Shown in pieces: positions 16,720 through 24,655 of a stretch of DNA of 32,604 nt. The stretch covers positions 1-32,604 of the forward strand of contig JAZKJB010000361.1 of NCBI GenBank assembly GCA_040384505.1. Direction: 5' to 3'. The notes beneath the pieces were generated by a model. It was not told the origin of the DNA, ran no database searches, and saw only the letters and a list, made by a program, of their open reading frames with translations. The position numbers and the translations under genes are program-made. Each line of letters begins with the position of its first letter. Position 1 is the first letter of the stretch. Origin of the DNA: Bdellovibrionota bacterium. GTDB lineage: Bacteria; Bdellovibrionota; Bdellovibrionia; Bdellovibrionales; JAMPXM01.

Positions 16720-18123
16720 TCAGGATTTCTTGATCAAACCGGGAATCGTGAGTGCGCTCTCGACGGCCTTCGTTCCTTGAGCGAGGCCGAAACCCTGCGC
16801 CACGGTCTTCCAGATGCTCTCGGGATAAATGTAATCGACGCAATCGTCGCTCGAACCAACGGCACAGGCTCCGACCTTTATCGTGCCCTTCACTGCTGCC
16901 GCGAGAACCGCATCCGAAACGGGTTGACCCTCGTTGAAGTCGTAAAGACTCGCTTGCAAGCGTGATCGCGACTCCGCGGTTTGCTTGCGCGTCCAGATTC
17001 GGCTCGAGCCATGGACGCGACCGCCCTGGATGTTTTTACCGAACAGTAGAGCCGAGTTGCAGAGCGGATTGTGACCGGTGCCGGATCCATTTTCTTTCCA
17101 AGGCGTCCGCGCGAATTCGCTCATCACGACGACCGTCGTGTGATCGAACATCGTTCCATCGACTTGGCCGTCGGCTTTCGTGTACGGAAGCGACTTCATC
17201 AATTCGATGACGGCGGCGACGTTGTCGAAAGCTTCCTTCAATCCCGTCGGATGTTTGGCCGCATGATCGAAATGCGTGTCGAGTTTGCTATCGGCTTGGA
17301 AGTCGTAAACCGCATACCGAACGGTTCCAGCCGCGAAGGCAGCCAAGACGCTCGAGACCGCCTTGAGCCGGTCGTTACCATTCGGTGCTTTCGAAGCGAA
17401 CTCGACGGAGAGTTCGTTCATGCGCTTGAGCTTCACGTTCGAATCGACGGCGGTCACCTGGGAATTCACGAGCGCACGCGCGCGAGCTCTCCCGTTGATC
17501 TTCGCGATTTGCTTCACTCGCGCGCGCATGATCGCATCGGTCTGCGACTGCGAAACGGATTTCGAAGTCATCAACTCGTTGATTCGAGTCATCGACGGAT
17601 AACCGCCCGTCTGGATCTGCTCGTACTCGTACTGATGCGCGACTCCGAGTGGTGCATCGCCGAGGGTCATCGCGAGCTGGAACGGAAACGCGCCGTCGTC
17701 GGCATTCGTCGAACCGCTCACCATGTAAGCGCGATTCTGTTCGTGGACGTTGTTCTGCGACATCATCATGATGCCGTTGATGATCGCGATGTCGTCGACG
17801 TGCTTCACGAGAGCCGCCGCAGGCGGCGCGAAGAGCCCTTCTCCGGCTTTTACGATTTCTTCGTCTTTATAGAGGTAGAAGAAGTCGTCTTGATCAGCTC
17901 CGGCCTTCTGCAGGTCCGACGGAAGTCGCGCGTCCATGGCCATCGTGACGTCCCATGCACCGTTCACACGCAGCACGAGGAGGAAGTGATCTTCGGCAGC
18001 GGCGGTTGCACTTTGATTTTGAGCGAACGCCGTTCCCATCCAACCCGGGAGCGTCTGGCTCGCGAGCACGAGACCCGAGGCGTAAGCCGATTTCATCAAA
18101 AAGTCCCTGCGATTCATCGTCAT
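16720..18123 (-). CDS. DUF1501 domain protein (sulfatase/alkaline-phosphatase superfamily), Tat-exported
   Basis: Twin-arginine leader MTMNRRDFLMKSAYASGLVLAS...AFA. DUF1501-type C-terminal motif VVVMSEFARTPWKENGSGTGHNP. GGAG SD 7 nt upstream. 15-nt gap to the upstream gene. Confidence 0.9.
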   Translation of the reverse strand: MTMNRRDFLMKSAYASGLVLASQTLPGWMGTAFAQNQSATAAAEDHFLLVLRVNGAWDVTMAMDARLPSDLQKAGADQDDFFYLYKDEEIVKAGEGLFAPPAAALVKHVDDIAIINGIMMMSQNNVHEQNRAYMVSGSTNADDGAFPFQLAMTLGDAPLGVAHQYEYEQIQTGGYPSMTRINELMTSKSVSQSQTDAIMRARVKQIAKINGRARARALVNSQVTAVDSNVKLKRMNELSVEFASKAPNGNDRLKAVSSVLAAFAAGTVRYAVYDFQADSKLDTHFDHAAKHPTGLKEAFDNVAAVIELMKSLPYTKADGQVDGTMFDHTTVVVMSEFARTPWKENGSGTGHNPLCNSALLFGKNIQGGRVHGSSRIWTRKQTAESRSRLQASLYDFNEGQPVSDAVLAAAVKGTIKVGACAVGSSDDCVDYIYPESIWKTVAQGFGLAQGTKAVESALTIPGLIKKS

Positions 18124-18138
18124 CTTCGTCTCCGGGTC

Positions 18139-20799
18139 TCAGTACGTGAGAAAGCGTTCGTCGTTCAAAATCGTGAACATGGCGTCGGTCGACGCATCGG
18201 TCGTCGTGTACGTCTCACCTTTTTCGAGTGCGATCTCTTCGATCGTGTAGGTCACGGTCGACTCCAAATCTCGGCGGTCTTCGACCTCCAAGACACCGGC
18301 ACCGATCAAGGAATCGACGAGCCCCGAAACGAACTTGGCTTTCGTCTCCGGTGCGACTCCGACCCACGGCGAGAGATCCTTCGCTTTCGCCATTTCGGAT
18401 TGCGCGACCGCATAGAAGCAGCGGTTCAACCAATCCACGGTCGAAACCCCTGGCGTCAGAGCCGTCGGAACTCCGGAGTTCTTGTCTTTGAACCCGAGCG
18501 TTCCACGCATTTTCATTTCGACGCCTGTCGCGCACTTCGAATAGCTGCTCGGGAATTTTTGCGCGAGGACGTTCAGGATGTCGTAGTTCTCCATGTATCG
18601 ACGCCACGTCGGACGGAAGCTCGGCACCGGCTCACGAGCGGCGGTGATCGAAGCGAGAAACTCGTCCGAGAGGTTCTTCAAGATCTTCGTGCGGTCGCTT
18701 TCGTCGATCGTCGGTTTTCCTTCATCGTCGCGAGCTCCGTTCCAAATCCAACGCGCGAGCGCGACACGATCGGCTTCCGTGAGCGACCAGTTGGCGCCCT
18801 TCTTCGGCATCTTCGCGCCGACACCCTTGGTGCCGATGCTGACGGACTTCGCGATCTTCGTCAGCCAACGGACGTGATCGTCGCCGTCGATCGGAATCGT
18901 CGTGAAGGACGGGACGTCTTCTTCCTTGGCGTGACAGCTATTGCATCGATTCAGGAGAGAGCTCACCGTGCTGAAAGTCGGAGGTTGCGTGAACGATTCG
19001 TCCGACTTGAACTCGGGGCGGTTCACGAGAGCCGCCATGATTTCGCGCGGCTTCGCACCGCTATCCGTATAAAGCTTCGTCAATTGGGCTCGGCGGCTCG
19101 CATCGACCGAAACGTCTTCGCCGATCGTCCATGCCCACATCCGCTCGCTCTGGCATCGGACGTAGCGATCTTGCTTCACGACGATTTGATTGAGCTCGGA
19201 GAAGTCTTTGATCGCGACGCGAACTTCGACGCCATCGGCGTCGTCGTAAACGACTTCCAAGGGCTTCGAGCTGAAATCCACTTTGCCCGCGATCAATTCC
19301 TCGGCCGGATCGAGTTTACGGTGGCAAGCCACGCATTCGGGCTTGAAGTGCGCGTTCGTCGAGACTCCCGCCGCGATTTGATTCGCCGTCATCGCACCTT
19401 GGGGCTTCATTGCCGCAGGAAGCGTGTCGGGCGTCATCATGCTCATCACTTCTTCGTGTGCACGCGCGCTGACGGCGTCGTCGAACTTGAGTCCCTTCAG
19501 CGCTTCCGCGGTCTTCGTCGAGTTGTCGATGAGGATCACCGGCTGCATGTCGTCACAGAAGTACGTTCTGAAGAACGCGGCCGCCCTCGAGTAGCGCGTT
19601 TTCTTGTATCGCTCGCGGAACTCTTTCGTGCTCACGACGGAGGGGATACTGAAAACTTCTTTTGCGCTCGCTCCCTGGAGGACTCGCGCTAGAGCATCCG
19701 GCGACTTCGCGCTTTTCACGAGGTAATCGACGGCGGCGCTCGACTGCTCGGGTTTCGAAAGATCGAGTTCCAAGAGCCATGCGACGACGTTCGGCGTGAG
19801 GAGAGGCGACGCGAGCATCGTCATGGCGCCGCAGGCGGTGACGTTCGGATAAGGCGGCGTTCGATACTGATTCGCGGCGACACCGTTCAACAGGCATTTT
19901 ACTTCGATGATCTCGCCCTCGGGAATCAGACCTGACGTCGCCGCCGAGCTTTGCAGGACGAAGTTGACGTAGGCTCCCACATCCGTCGTCACGTAAGACA
20001 CGAGACCCGCGTCTTCACCCTTGGACTTCTTCACGCTCCCGAGACCGTTTTCGAAATCGGTAGTGAACGTGGTATGAGTCACGACCCAATTTCTGATGAT
20101 CGGGAAGACTTTCTTCGAATACTCGAGGACCTTCGACGGACTACTCGCCTGAGTGAGACTGACGCCTTCGGCGATCTTCACACCCTCCGGCACGGGGAGG
20201 TCTCCTCTAAGAATTTTGATCGCAACGGTCTTGTCCTCGACGGTCGCGGTCGGCACACCTTGGGCGCCGAGCTCCGAGATTTTTAGCGCGATGTTCGCAG
20301 AGGCCTGCGAATACTCGGTGAGCGCCTGGCCCGCGAGCGGCAAAAAGAGAACGTCGCTCGTCGTGAGAATCTCGTCCCAACTTTTTCCGGCCGCGATCTG
20401 TCTCGCGATCACGTTCTTCAACGACGACATCGATTTGTCGAAGCCGATCGAGAGATCGACACCCGTGGCCGAAGCCTTGCGATAGGTTTCGTCGCGCAGG
20501 AAGAGACTCTGCTCGGGAAGATCGAAGCGGAGGACCTCGAAGAAGCGATCGGAGAGTTTGTCGGCGGCAAGATCCGAGTTCAGATACGCTTTGGCTTTCG
20601 CGACGAAGAACTGCTCCTGCGCATTCGCCTCGAGCTGACCGAGCTCGGTGTATTCGACGTCCGTCGGCACGATCCCACGGATCTGCAGGCTCATTTTGCG
20701 AAGTCGAGCTTGAGGGGTCAGGACTTCGGCGTGGGCCGAGAGGCCACACCCCAAAACCGCCACCAAGATCGCCGCCTGCGCCAGTTTGCGAACCGTCAC
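18139..20799 (-). CDS. large secreted CxxCH-motif protein, planctomycete PSD/PSCyt-like partner of DUF1501
   Basis: 886 aa, GTG start. Signal AAILVAVLGCGLSAHA/EV. N-terminal LQIRGIVPTDVEY (PSD-type motif). CVACHRKLDP at 19321-19335, reminiscent of DUF1588. CNSCH at 18931-18945 is followed by MPKKGANWSLTEADRVALARWIWNGA, a PSCyt1-like module. Confidence 0.8.
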   Translation of the reverse strand: MTVRKLAQAAILVAVLGCGLSAHAEVLTPQARLRKMSLQIRGIVPTDVEYTELGQLEANAQEQFFVAKAKAYLNSDLAADKLSDRFFEVLRFDLPEQSLFLRDETYRKASATGVDLSIGFDKSMSSLKNVIARQIAAGKSWDEILTTSDVLFLPLAGQALTEYSQASANIALKISELGAQGVPTATVEDKTVAIKILRGDLPVPEGVKIAEGVSLTQASSPSKVLEYSKKVFPIIRNWVVTHTTFTTDFENGLGSVKKSKGEDAGLVSYVTTDVGAYVNFVLQSSAATSGLIPEGEIIEVKCLLNGVAANQYRTPPYPNVTACGAMTMLASPLLTPNVVAWLLELDLSKPEQSSAAVDYLVKSAKSPDALARVLQGASAKEVFSIPSVVSTKEFRERYKKTRYSRAAAFFRTYFCDDMQPVILIDNSTKTAEALKGLKFDDAVSARAHEEVMSMMTPDTLPAAMKPQGAMTANQIAAGVSTNAHFKPECVACHRKLDPAEELIAGKVDFSSKPLEVVYDDADGVEVRVAIKDFSELNQIVVKQDRYVRCQSERMWAWTIGEDVSVDASRRAQLTKLYTDSGAKPREIMAALVNRPEFKSDESFTQPPTFSTVSSLLNRCNSCHAKEEDVPSFTTIPIDGDDHVRWLTKIAKSVSIGTKGVGAKMPKKGANWSLTEADRVALARWIWNGARDDEGKPTIDESDRTKILKNLSDEFLASITAAREPVPSFRPTWRRYMENYDILNVLAQKFPSSYSKCATGVEMKMRGTLGFKDKNSGVPTALTPGVSTVDWLNRCFYAVAQSEMAKAKDLSPWVGVAPETKAKFVSGLVDSLIGAGVLEVEDRRDLESTVTYTIEEIALEKGETYTTTDASTDAMFTILNDERFLTY

Positions 20800-21006
20800 G
20801 AATACCTACCTTTTGATGTCCTTGAGCTCGGGATTCATCAAGAAGTAGGCCCGCTTGTAAGCGAGCGCCTGGGTAAACGAGGGCCAACGAATGGGATCTG
20901 AAGAAAGGGCGAAATTCGGCCCGGGTAAGAATGACTTCGATGGCGCGCATTTGGTCAGCGGGAGAGAGCGACGAGGCAACTCCGGAAGCCCTTGAATCGT
21001 GAGGAA

Positions 21007-21552
21007 TTATTCTTTGTTTGAACGCTTCCGTCTGACGACCGAGACTTTGCGGGCGCCCTCTCGGGCCTCACCATCTTTGCCCTTGAACAGCAACCACTGC
21101 GGCGTGCGTTCGCCGCGACGAGTGCGGATGAGATGCCAACGACCCTTGAGTCGTTTGCCTCTGAGTTCGAACGTGAGACTGCCTTTGGCGTAGGCCTCGC
21201 TAGGATTTTTGTCGCGAGGAATCCAGAATCCCGAATCCCAAATGTCGACGTGACCGGCACCGTACTCCCCTTTCGGGATGTCGCCTTCGAACGTTCGGTA
21301 TGCGAGGGGATGATCTTCGACTTGGACCGCGAGGCGCTTCACGCTCGGGTCGAGTGAGGGTTCGCGAGGAACCGCCCAACTTTTCAAAACACCCTCTAAC
21401 TCGAGACGAAAGTCCCAATGAAGGTGAGACGCTTCGTGGCGTTGGACCACGAAGCGCCTTTTCGACTGTTGGCGCACCAACTCCCCACGAGGCTCGCGCG
21501 TCTTCTTGAAGTCGCGTTTCGCGTCGTAGGTCGTCAATGAACCACGTGCCAT
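21007..21552 (-). CDS. stand-alone DNA ligase D 3'-phosphoesterase (LigD PE) domain protein
   Basis: YDAKRDFKKTREP...RFVVQRHEASHLHWDFRLELEGVLKSWAVPREPSLDPSVKRLAVQVEDHPLAYRTFEGDIPKGEYGAGHVDIWD...LRGKRLKGRWHLIR is near-canonical LigD PE sequence. No ligase or polymerase domain is attached. Confidence 0.9.
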   Translation of the reverse strand: MARGSLTTYDAKRDFKKTREPRGELVRQQSKRRFVVQRHEASHLHWDFRLELEGVLKSWAVPREPSLDPSVKRLAVQVEDHPLAYRTFEGDIPKGEYGAGHVDIWDSGFWIPRDKNPSEAYAKGSLTFELRGKRLKGRWHLIRTRRGERTPQWLLFKGKDGEAREGARKVSVVRRKRSNKE

Positions 21553-21558
21553 GGTCGC

Positions 21559-21741
21559 TTACGGCAAATTGCGAGTGCTGCGTCCCGTGAGCAAGCTTGC
21601 GACGAAGCTCACTACAGCCAAGATCAAGAACACCCAAAGAAGCGTGCGACCGATCTCCATCGACACACCCGCGATGCCGTTGGCACCGAGAATCATCGAC
21701 AAGAGAGCGAGAACGAAAAATGCGATTGCTGCCTGAAGCAT
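21559..21741 (-). CDS. DUF1328 (UPF0391, YtjA-like) small membrane protein
   Basis: 60 aa with two TM helices. MLQAAIAFFVLALLSMILGANGIAGVSMEIGRTLLWVFLILAVVSFVASLLTGR matches the YtjA pattern. GGAGG SD 5 nt upstream. Confidence 0.8.
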   Translation of the reverse strand: MLQAAIAFFVLALLSMILGANGIAGVSMEIGRTLLWVFLILAVVSFVASLLTGRSTRNLP

Positions 21742-22159
21742 GTAGACCTCCTGTGACCTGAAAATAGGAATATCAGGATCTTTTGCATGCGGTCTCGTCC
21801 CACGAATGCGATTGAATGAATCAGCACAAAGCGCCGCACAAAGATGGATGATTCACGCCAATCATTTGCGTTTGGCTGCAGACATGAGGCCGAAGGGCTC
21901 TCGTTGCCGCATGAAGGAGAAGCTCCCGATCGAGGAGGAAGCCCTTTTCGTCGTCGTCCTGGTCGTCTTCTTCCTCGTCAGTTCTCCGTCAATCGACGGA
22001 CATGTCCACGCTTTAGTCCTAGGCCATCGATGGGGTTTTCATCGCGCGATGCCGTTTAATCCATTCTCGTTCGAGTGTCGGTGTCGTTCGCGAAACAGTC
22101 TCGGATTGAAACGAAACACGACTCTCGACCGCGACGACGCTCACCGATTCGTAGGTGTC

Positions 22160-23023
22160 ATGAGTAGAGAAGTTTCGACTTTCATTTTCAAATTTTCGGG
22201 TGTCATCGGATCGTTGATCCTCATCGCCGGTTGCAGCGGTGGCTTCTCTCCAATGCAGACTCCGTTCGAGTCGAATGGAAGTTCGTCCGCGCCTTTGACG
22301 CCGGAACAGAAGGCTTTCGAAACATTCGTTCGCAGTGATTGCGACATGTGCCATGGGACGCGACCCGGTGACGGGAACGTCTATCTTTACGATACGGCTG
22401 CGCTGATCGCCACGGGCTGGCTCGTCCCTGGAGATACGGCAAGTAGCGCCATGTACGTGAACACTGGCCCGGGTCACAACGGACGCGTTCTCTCGCCCGC
22501 CGATCGCATCATCGTCGCCGACTGGATCATGAGCCTCGCGTCGCCGACTCCCACTCCGAGTCCGACTGCGACGCCGAGACCGACGGCGACTCCCATGCCG
22601 ACCGCGACTCCTCCTGGTGCGACTCCGGCACCGACGCCTATGCCGACGCCCGCACCGACACCGACGCCGTCACCGACTCCGCTGACGAGAGATCAGTTTT
22701 ACTCGGCGAATGTCGGACCCAACGGCTCTTCCGTCGACTCCCTTTTGTCTGTGAATCGGTGCATGCGATGCCATTATTCGGGTGGATCGACTTACGATCC
22801 TCAAGCGACGGCCTACTTGATCATCGCACCGAACGATCCCGCTGGAAATTTGGCGAGAATCAAAGCCGTGAATGTCGGTGGAGTCGTCTACGACATGTCG
22901 AAAGCCATCAACGGGAACACCGGTCACACGATCTATCAGTTTTCGGTAGGCCACAAAGCGAAGAATCCTGCTTACTCGGCTGCCGAGCTTCAGCACATCA
23001 TGAATTACGTCAAGATGCCTTGA
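22160..23023 (+). CDS. lipoprotein with two PSCyt-like CxxCH modules separated by a Pro/Thr linker
   Basis: ORF track 21806..23023. Start placed at ATG 22160, giving MSREVSTFIFKFSGVIGSLILIAGC (lipobox). CDMCHG (22340-22354) followed by ...LVPGDTASSAMY...LSPADRIIVADWI fits the planctomycete cytochrome C (PSCyt1) pattern. Second motif CMRCH at 22760-22774. Confidence 0.75.
   Translation: MSREVSTFIFKFSGVIGSLILIAGCSGGFSPMQTPFESNGSSSAPLTPEQKAFETFVRSDCDMCHGTRPGDGNVYLYDTAALIATGWLVPGDTASSAMYVNTGPGHNGRVLSPADRIIVADWIMSLASPTPTPSPTATPRPTATPMPTATPPGATPAPTPMPTPAPTPTPSPTPLTRDQFYSANVGPNGSSVDSLLSVNRCMRCHYSGGSTYDPQATAYLIIAPNDPAGNLARIKAVNVGGVVYDMSKAINGNTGHTIYQFSVGHKAKNPAYSAAELQHIMNYVKMP
22541..22681 (+). repeat. 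low-complexity Pro/Thr-rich linker coding repeat inside the lipoprotein gene
   Basis: Encodes SPTPTPSPTATPRPTATPMPTATPPGATPAPTPMPTPAPTPTPSPTP, built from degenerate ccg-ac(n)/gcg-ac(n) units. In frame with the CDS. Confidence 0.8.
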
Positions 23024-23030
23024 TTCGAAT

Positions 23031-23050
23031 GCCCTGATCGAGATCAGGGC
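23031..23050. terminator. bidirectional hairpin between convergent genes
   Basis: Perfect 20-nt palindrome GCCCTGATCGAGATCAGGGC (9-nt arms) between the stops at 23023 (+) and 23044 (-). The right arm overlaps the minus-strand stop codon. No strong U-tract on either side. Confidence 0.45.
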
Positions 23051-23259
23051 TCTTCGCTCGGTCGCCGGAAAGAATCCGGTGGCTGTCGTTCGTCGGCTTT
23101 GTCGATGTCGGGTCCCCCGCGCTGAGCACTACCCGACTTCGAATCCGGAAGCTCTTCGCGATTCCCGTTCGTCGTTTGGCTTTTCGCATCGGTCGCGATG
23201 TGGTCGACGATCTTCTTCCACAGCGCTTCTTTTCTCTCAGAATCCTTTCGCTCCGACAT
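23044..23259 (-). CDS. small highly charged hypothetical protein (71 aa)
   Basis: ORF track 23044..23337. ATG 23259 is preceded by GAGGAGG at 5-nt spacing. MSERKDSERKEALWKKIVDHIATDAKSQTT..., probably disordered. Codon usage resembles the neighbouring genes. Confidence 0.5.
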   Translation of the reverse strand: MSERKDSERKEALWKKIVDHIATDAKSQTTNGNREELPDSKSGSAQRGGPDIDKADERQPPDSFRRPSEEP

Positions 23260-23360
23260 GGAACCTCCTCTCGCACCCCGATTTTCGAGGAGAGCGACCA
23301 CGCACTCTTCACAGCGGTGCCAAGAGAATGTGTCCAATTTGACGAAAGGTTCGTCTCGGC

Positions 23361-24650
23361 CTAAAGCGAGCGCGCGATGTCCCGAGCCCGCTCACCGAGA
23401 CCTTGAATCACCGAGTGGAAAAAATCCCGGCTCACGATTTTTTCGGAAGGAAAACGCCGCAGAAGACCACGCTGGATGAGCTTCAGTTGGCTCGTCCCCC
23501 CGGTGCAGTAAACGACGTCGATGTCGTTCGCACCCACTCCCGCTTGAAGCAGCGTCTCATCCATCGCCTTCAAGATATCATCTACAGGACGACCGGCGGC
23601 GGCGTTGAAGTCCACGTCGGCGACCGAGAAATCGATTTCGATTCCGGGATAGTCGAATCGGAACTCCGCATCGGTTTTCTTCGTGAGCTCGCGCTTCACG
23701 CGGTCGATTTCCTCGAAGAGTCGGAAACCGAGCTGGTCTTCGACGAGGACGAACAGACGATCGAGTTTTTGTTTGTCGGTGTCCTTCGGTGACCACTTCT
23801 GAATGCTCCGGAAAAACTCCATGTGGTCGTTCTTCCGGAGCTGCGCGATGTCGGCCGGTGACATGAGGTGATCGAGCAAACTCTTCGGCATCTCGAGAAC
23901 GTTCGAGCCCAGCGGAACTTTGTATTTCACCTTCGAACCGAAGAAGGGCGCGACCTGCGCTCCCATGAACTCACCGTCCACGCGGTCACCGGCGACGCTC
24001 ACGCCACCCATCGCGAGAACGTCGGACTCTTTGAAGTCGGCGGGTCCGATGCGGATCACGGTGAAGTCCGAGGTTCCACCTCCGAGATCGACGACGAGGA
24101 CGGTCTTCGTCTCGGTCAGCCGACGCTTCAAATCGAGCGCGGCCGCGAGCGGTTCGGCCAAGAACGAGATATTTTTGAAGCCCGCGATCTCGGCCGCTTT
24201 CTGCAAGCGATACTGAGCGAGCTTGTCCTTGATCGGGTCCTCGGAAAATTTGGCGGGACGACCGAGGACGACGCTATCGACGTCGCGATCGAGCTGGGCG
24301 CACGCGCGCTTTCGCATTTCGAGCAGAAAATATCCGACGAGATCCTCGAGACGCACGACCCTGTTGTCGATCCACGAACCGAGATAACTCTCGGAGGGCA
24401 GATATTTTTTGATCGAGCGGATCAGGCGACCCTCGCCTTGATGTTCGCAGTACTCGTCGACGGCCTTTTGGCCATAGTGGCAAAGATTTCCGTGGGGAAA
24501 ATAAAGGACGCTTCGGAAAACGGTGGGATCCGGCGCGACGGGATCGAGCGCGAGCGGAGCCGTAACGGCAGCACCATCACTCGCCGCGAGAAGCGAGTTC
24601 GAAGTTCCATAGTCGATCGCAAAAACGACGGGGCGCGAGCGATCGAGCAT
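23361..24650 (-). CDS. Hsp70-family ATPase, nucleotide-binding domain only (YegD-like)
   Basis: Actin/Hsp70 fold motifs VFAIDYGTSNSLLAA (phosphate 1), VLVVDLGGGTSDFTVIRIG (phosphate 2), DVVYCTGGTSQLKLIQ (adenosine). 429 aa, so no DnaK-type substrate-binding domain. 5-nt gap to the upstream gene. Confidence 0.9.
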   Translation of the reverse strand: MLDRSRPVVFAIDYGTSNSLLAASDGAAVTAPLALDPVAPDPTVFRSVLYFPHGNLCHYGQKAVDEYCEHQGEGRLIRSIKKYLPSESYLGSWIDNRVVRLEDLVGYFLLEMRKRACAQLDRDVDSVVLGRPAKFSEDPIKDKLAQYRLQKAAEIAGFKNISFLAEPLAAALDLKRRLTETKTVLVVDLGGGTSDFTVIRIGPADFKESDVLAMGGVSVAGDRVDGEFMGAQVAPFFGSKVKYKVPLGSNVLEMPKSLLDHLMSPADIAQLRKNDHMEFFRSIQKWSPKDTDKQKLDRLFVLVEDQLGFRLFEEIDRVKRELTKKTDAEFRFDYPGIEIDFSVADVDFNAAAGRPVDDILKAMDETLLQAGVGANDIDVVYCTGGTSQLKLIQRGLLRRFPSEKIVSRDFFHSVIQGLGERARDIARSL

Positions 24651-24655
24651 ACCGC

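Noticed and set aside
17071-19692. 873-aa plus-strand ORF, the longest unexplained ORF in the track
   Set aside because: It lies antisense across two separate real genes (DUF1501 and the 886-aa CxxCH protein) and across their intergenic gap. It is R/D/H/E/V-rich with no hydrophobic core pattern. This is a shadow ORF created by codon bias.
20207-20950. 247-aa minus-strand ORF starting in the 207-nt intergenic region upstream of the 886-aa gene
   Set aside because: It runs out of frame into the N-terminus of the 886-aa gene, is Arg/Gly/Ser-rich, and has no SD. That region is more plausibly the promoter or 5' UTR of the PSD/DUF1501 operon.
21824-21843. GCACAAAG-N4-GCACAAAG, considered as part of a c-di-GMP (GEMM-type) riboswitch because of the ACGCAAAGC-like cores
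   Set aside because: I could not find the paired P1/P2 helices, the GNRA tetraloop and receptor, or the rest of the consensus around it. It is reported only as a possible protein-binding direct repeat.
21806-22159. N-terminal 118-aa extension of the lipoprotein ORF, including a TM-like MKEKLPIEEEALFVVVLVVFFLVSS
   Set aside because: The composition (RCRMK, ECRCRSRNS) and codon pattern look non-coding. The lipobox signal peptide starting at 22160 is a complete and sufficient N-terminus. It is kept as an open question in the finding because the frame is uninterrupted.
22541-22681. Repetitive ccg/acg/act DNA, checked as a possible CRISPR-like or tandem-repeat array
   Set aside because: The units are short, degenerate and in frame with the CDS, and they encode a Pro/Thr linker. 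There is no repeat-spacer organisation.
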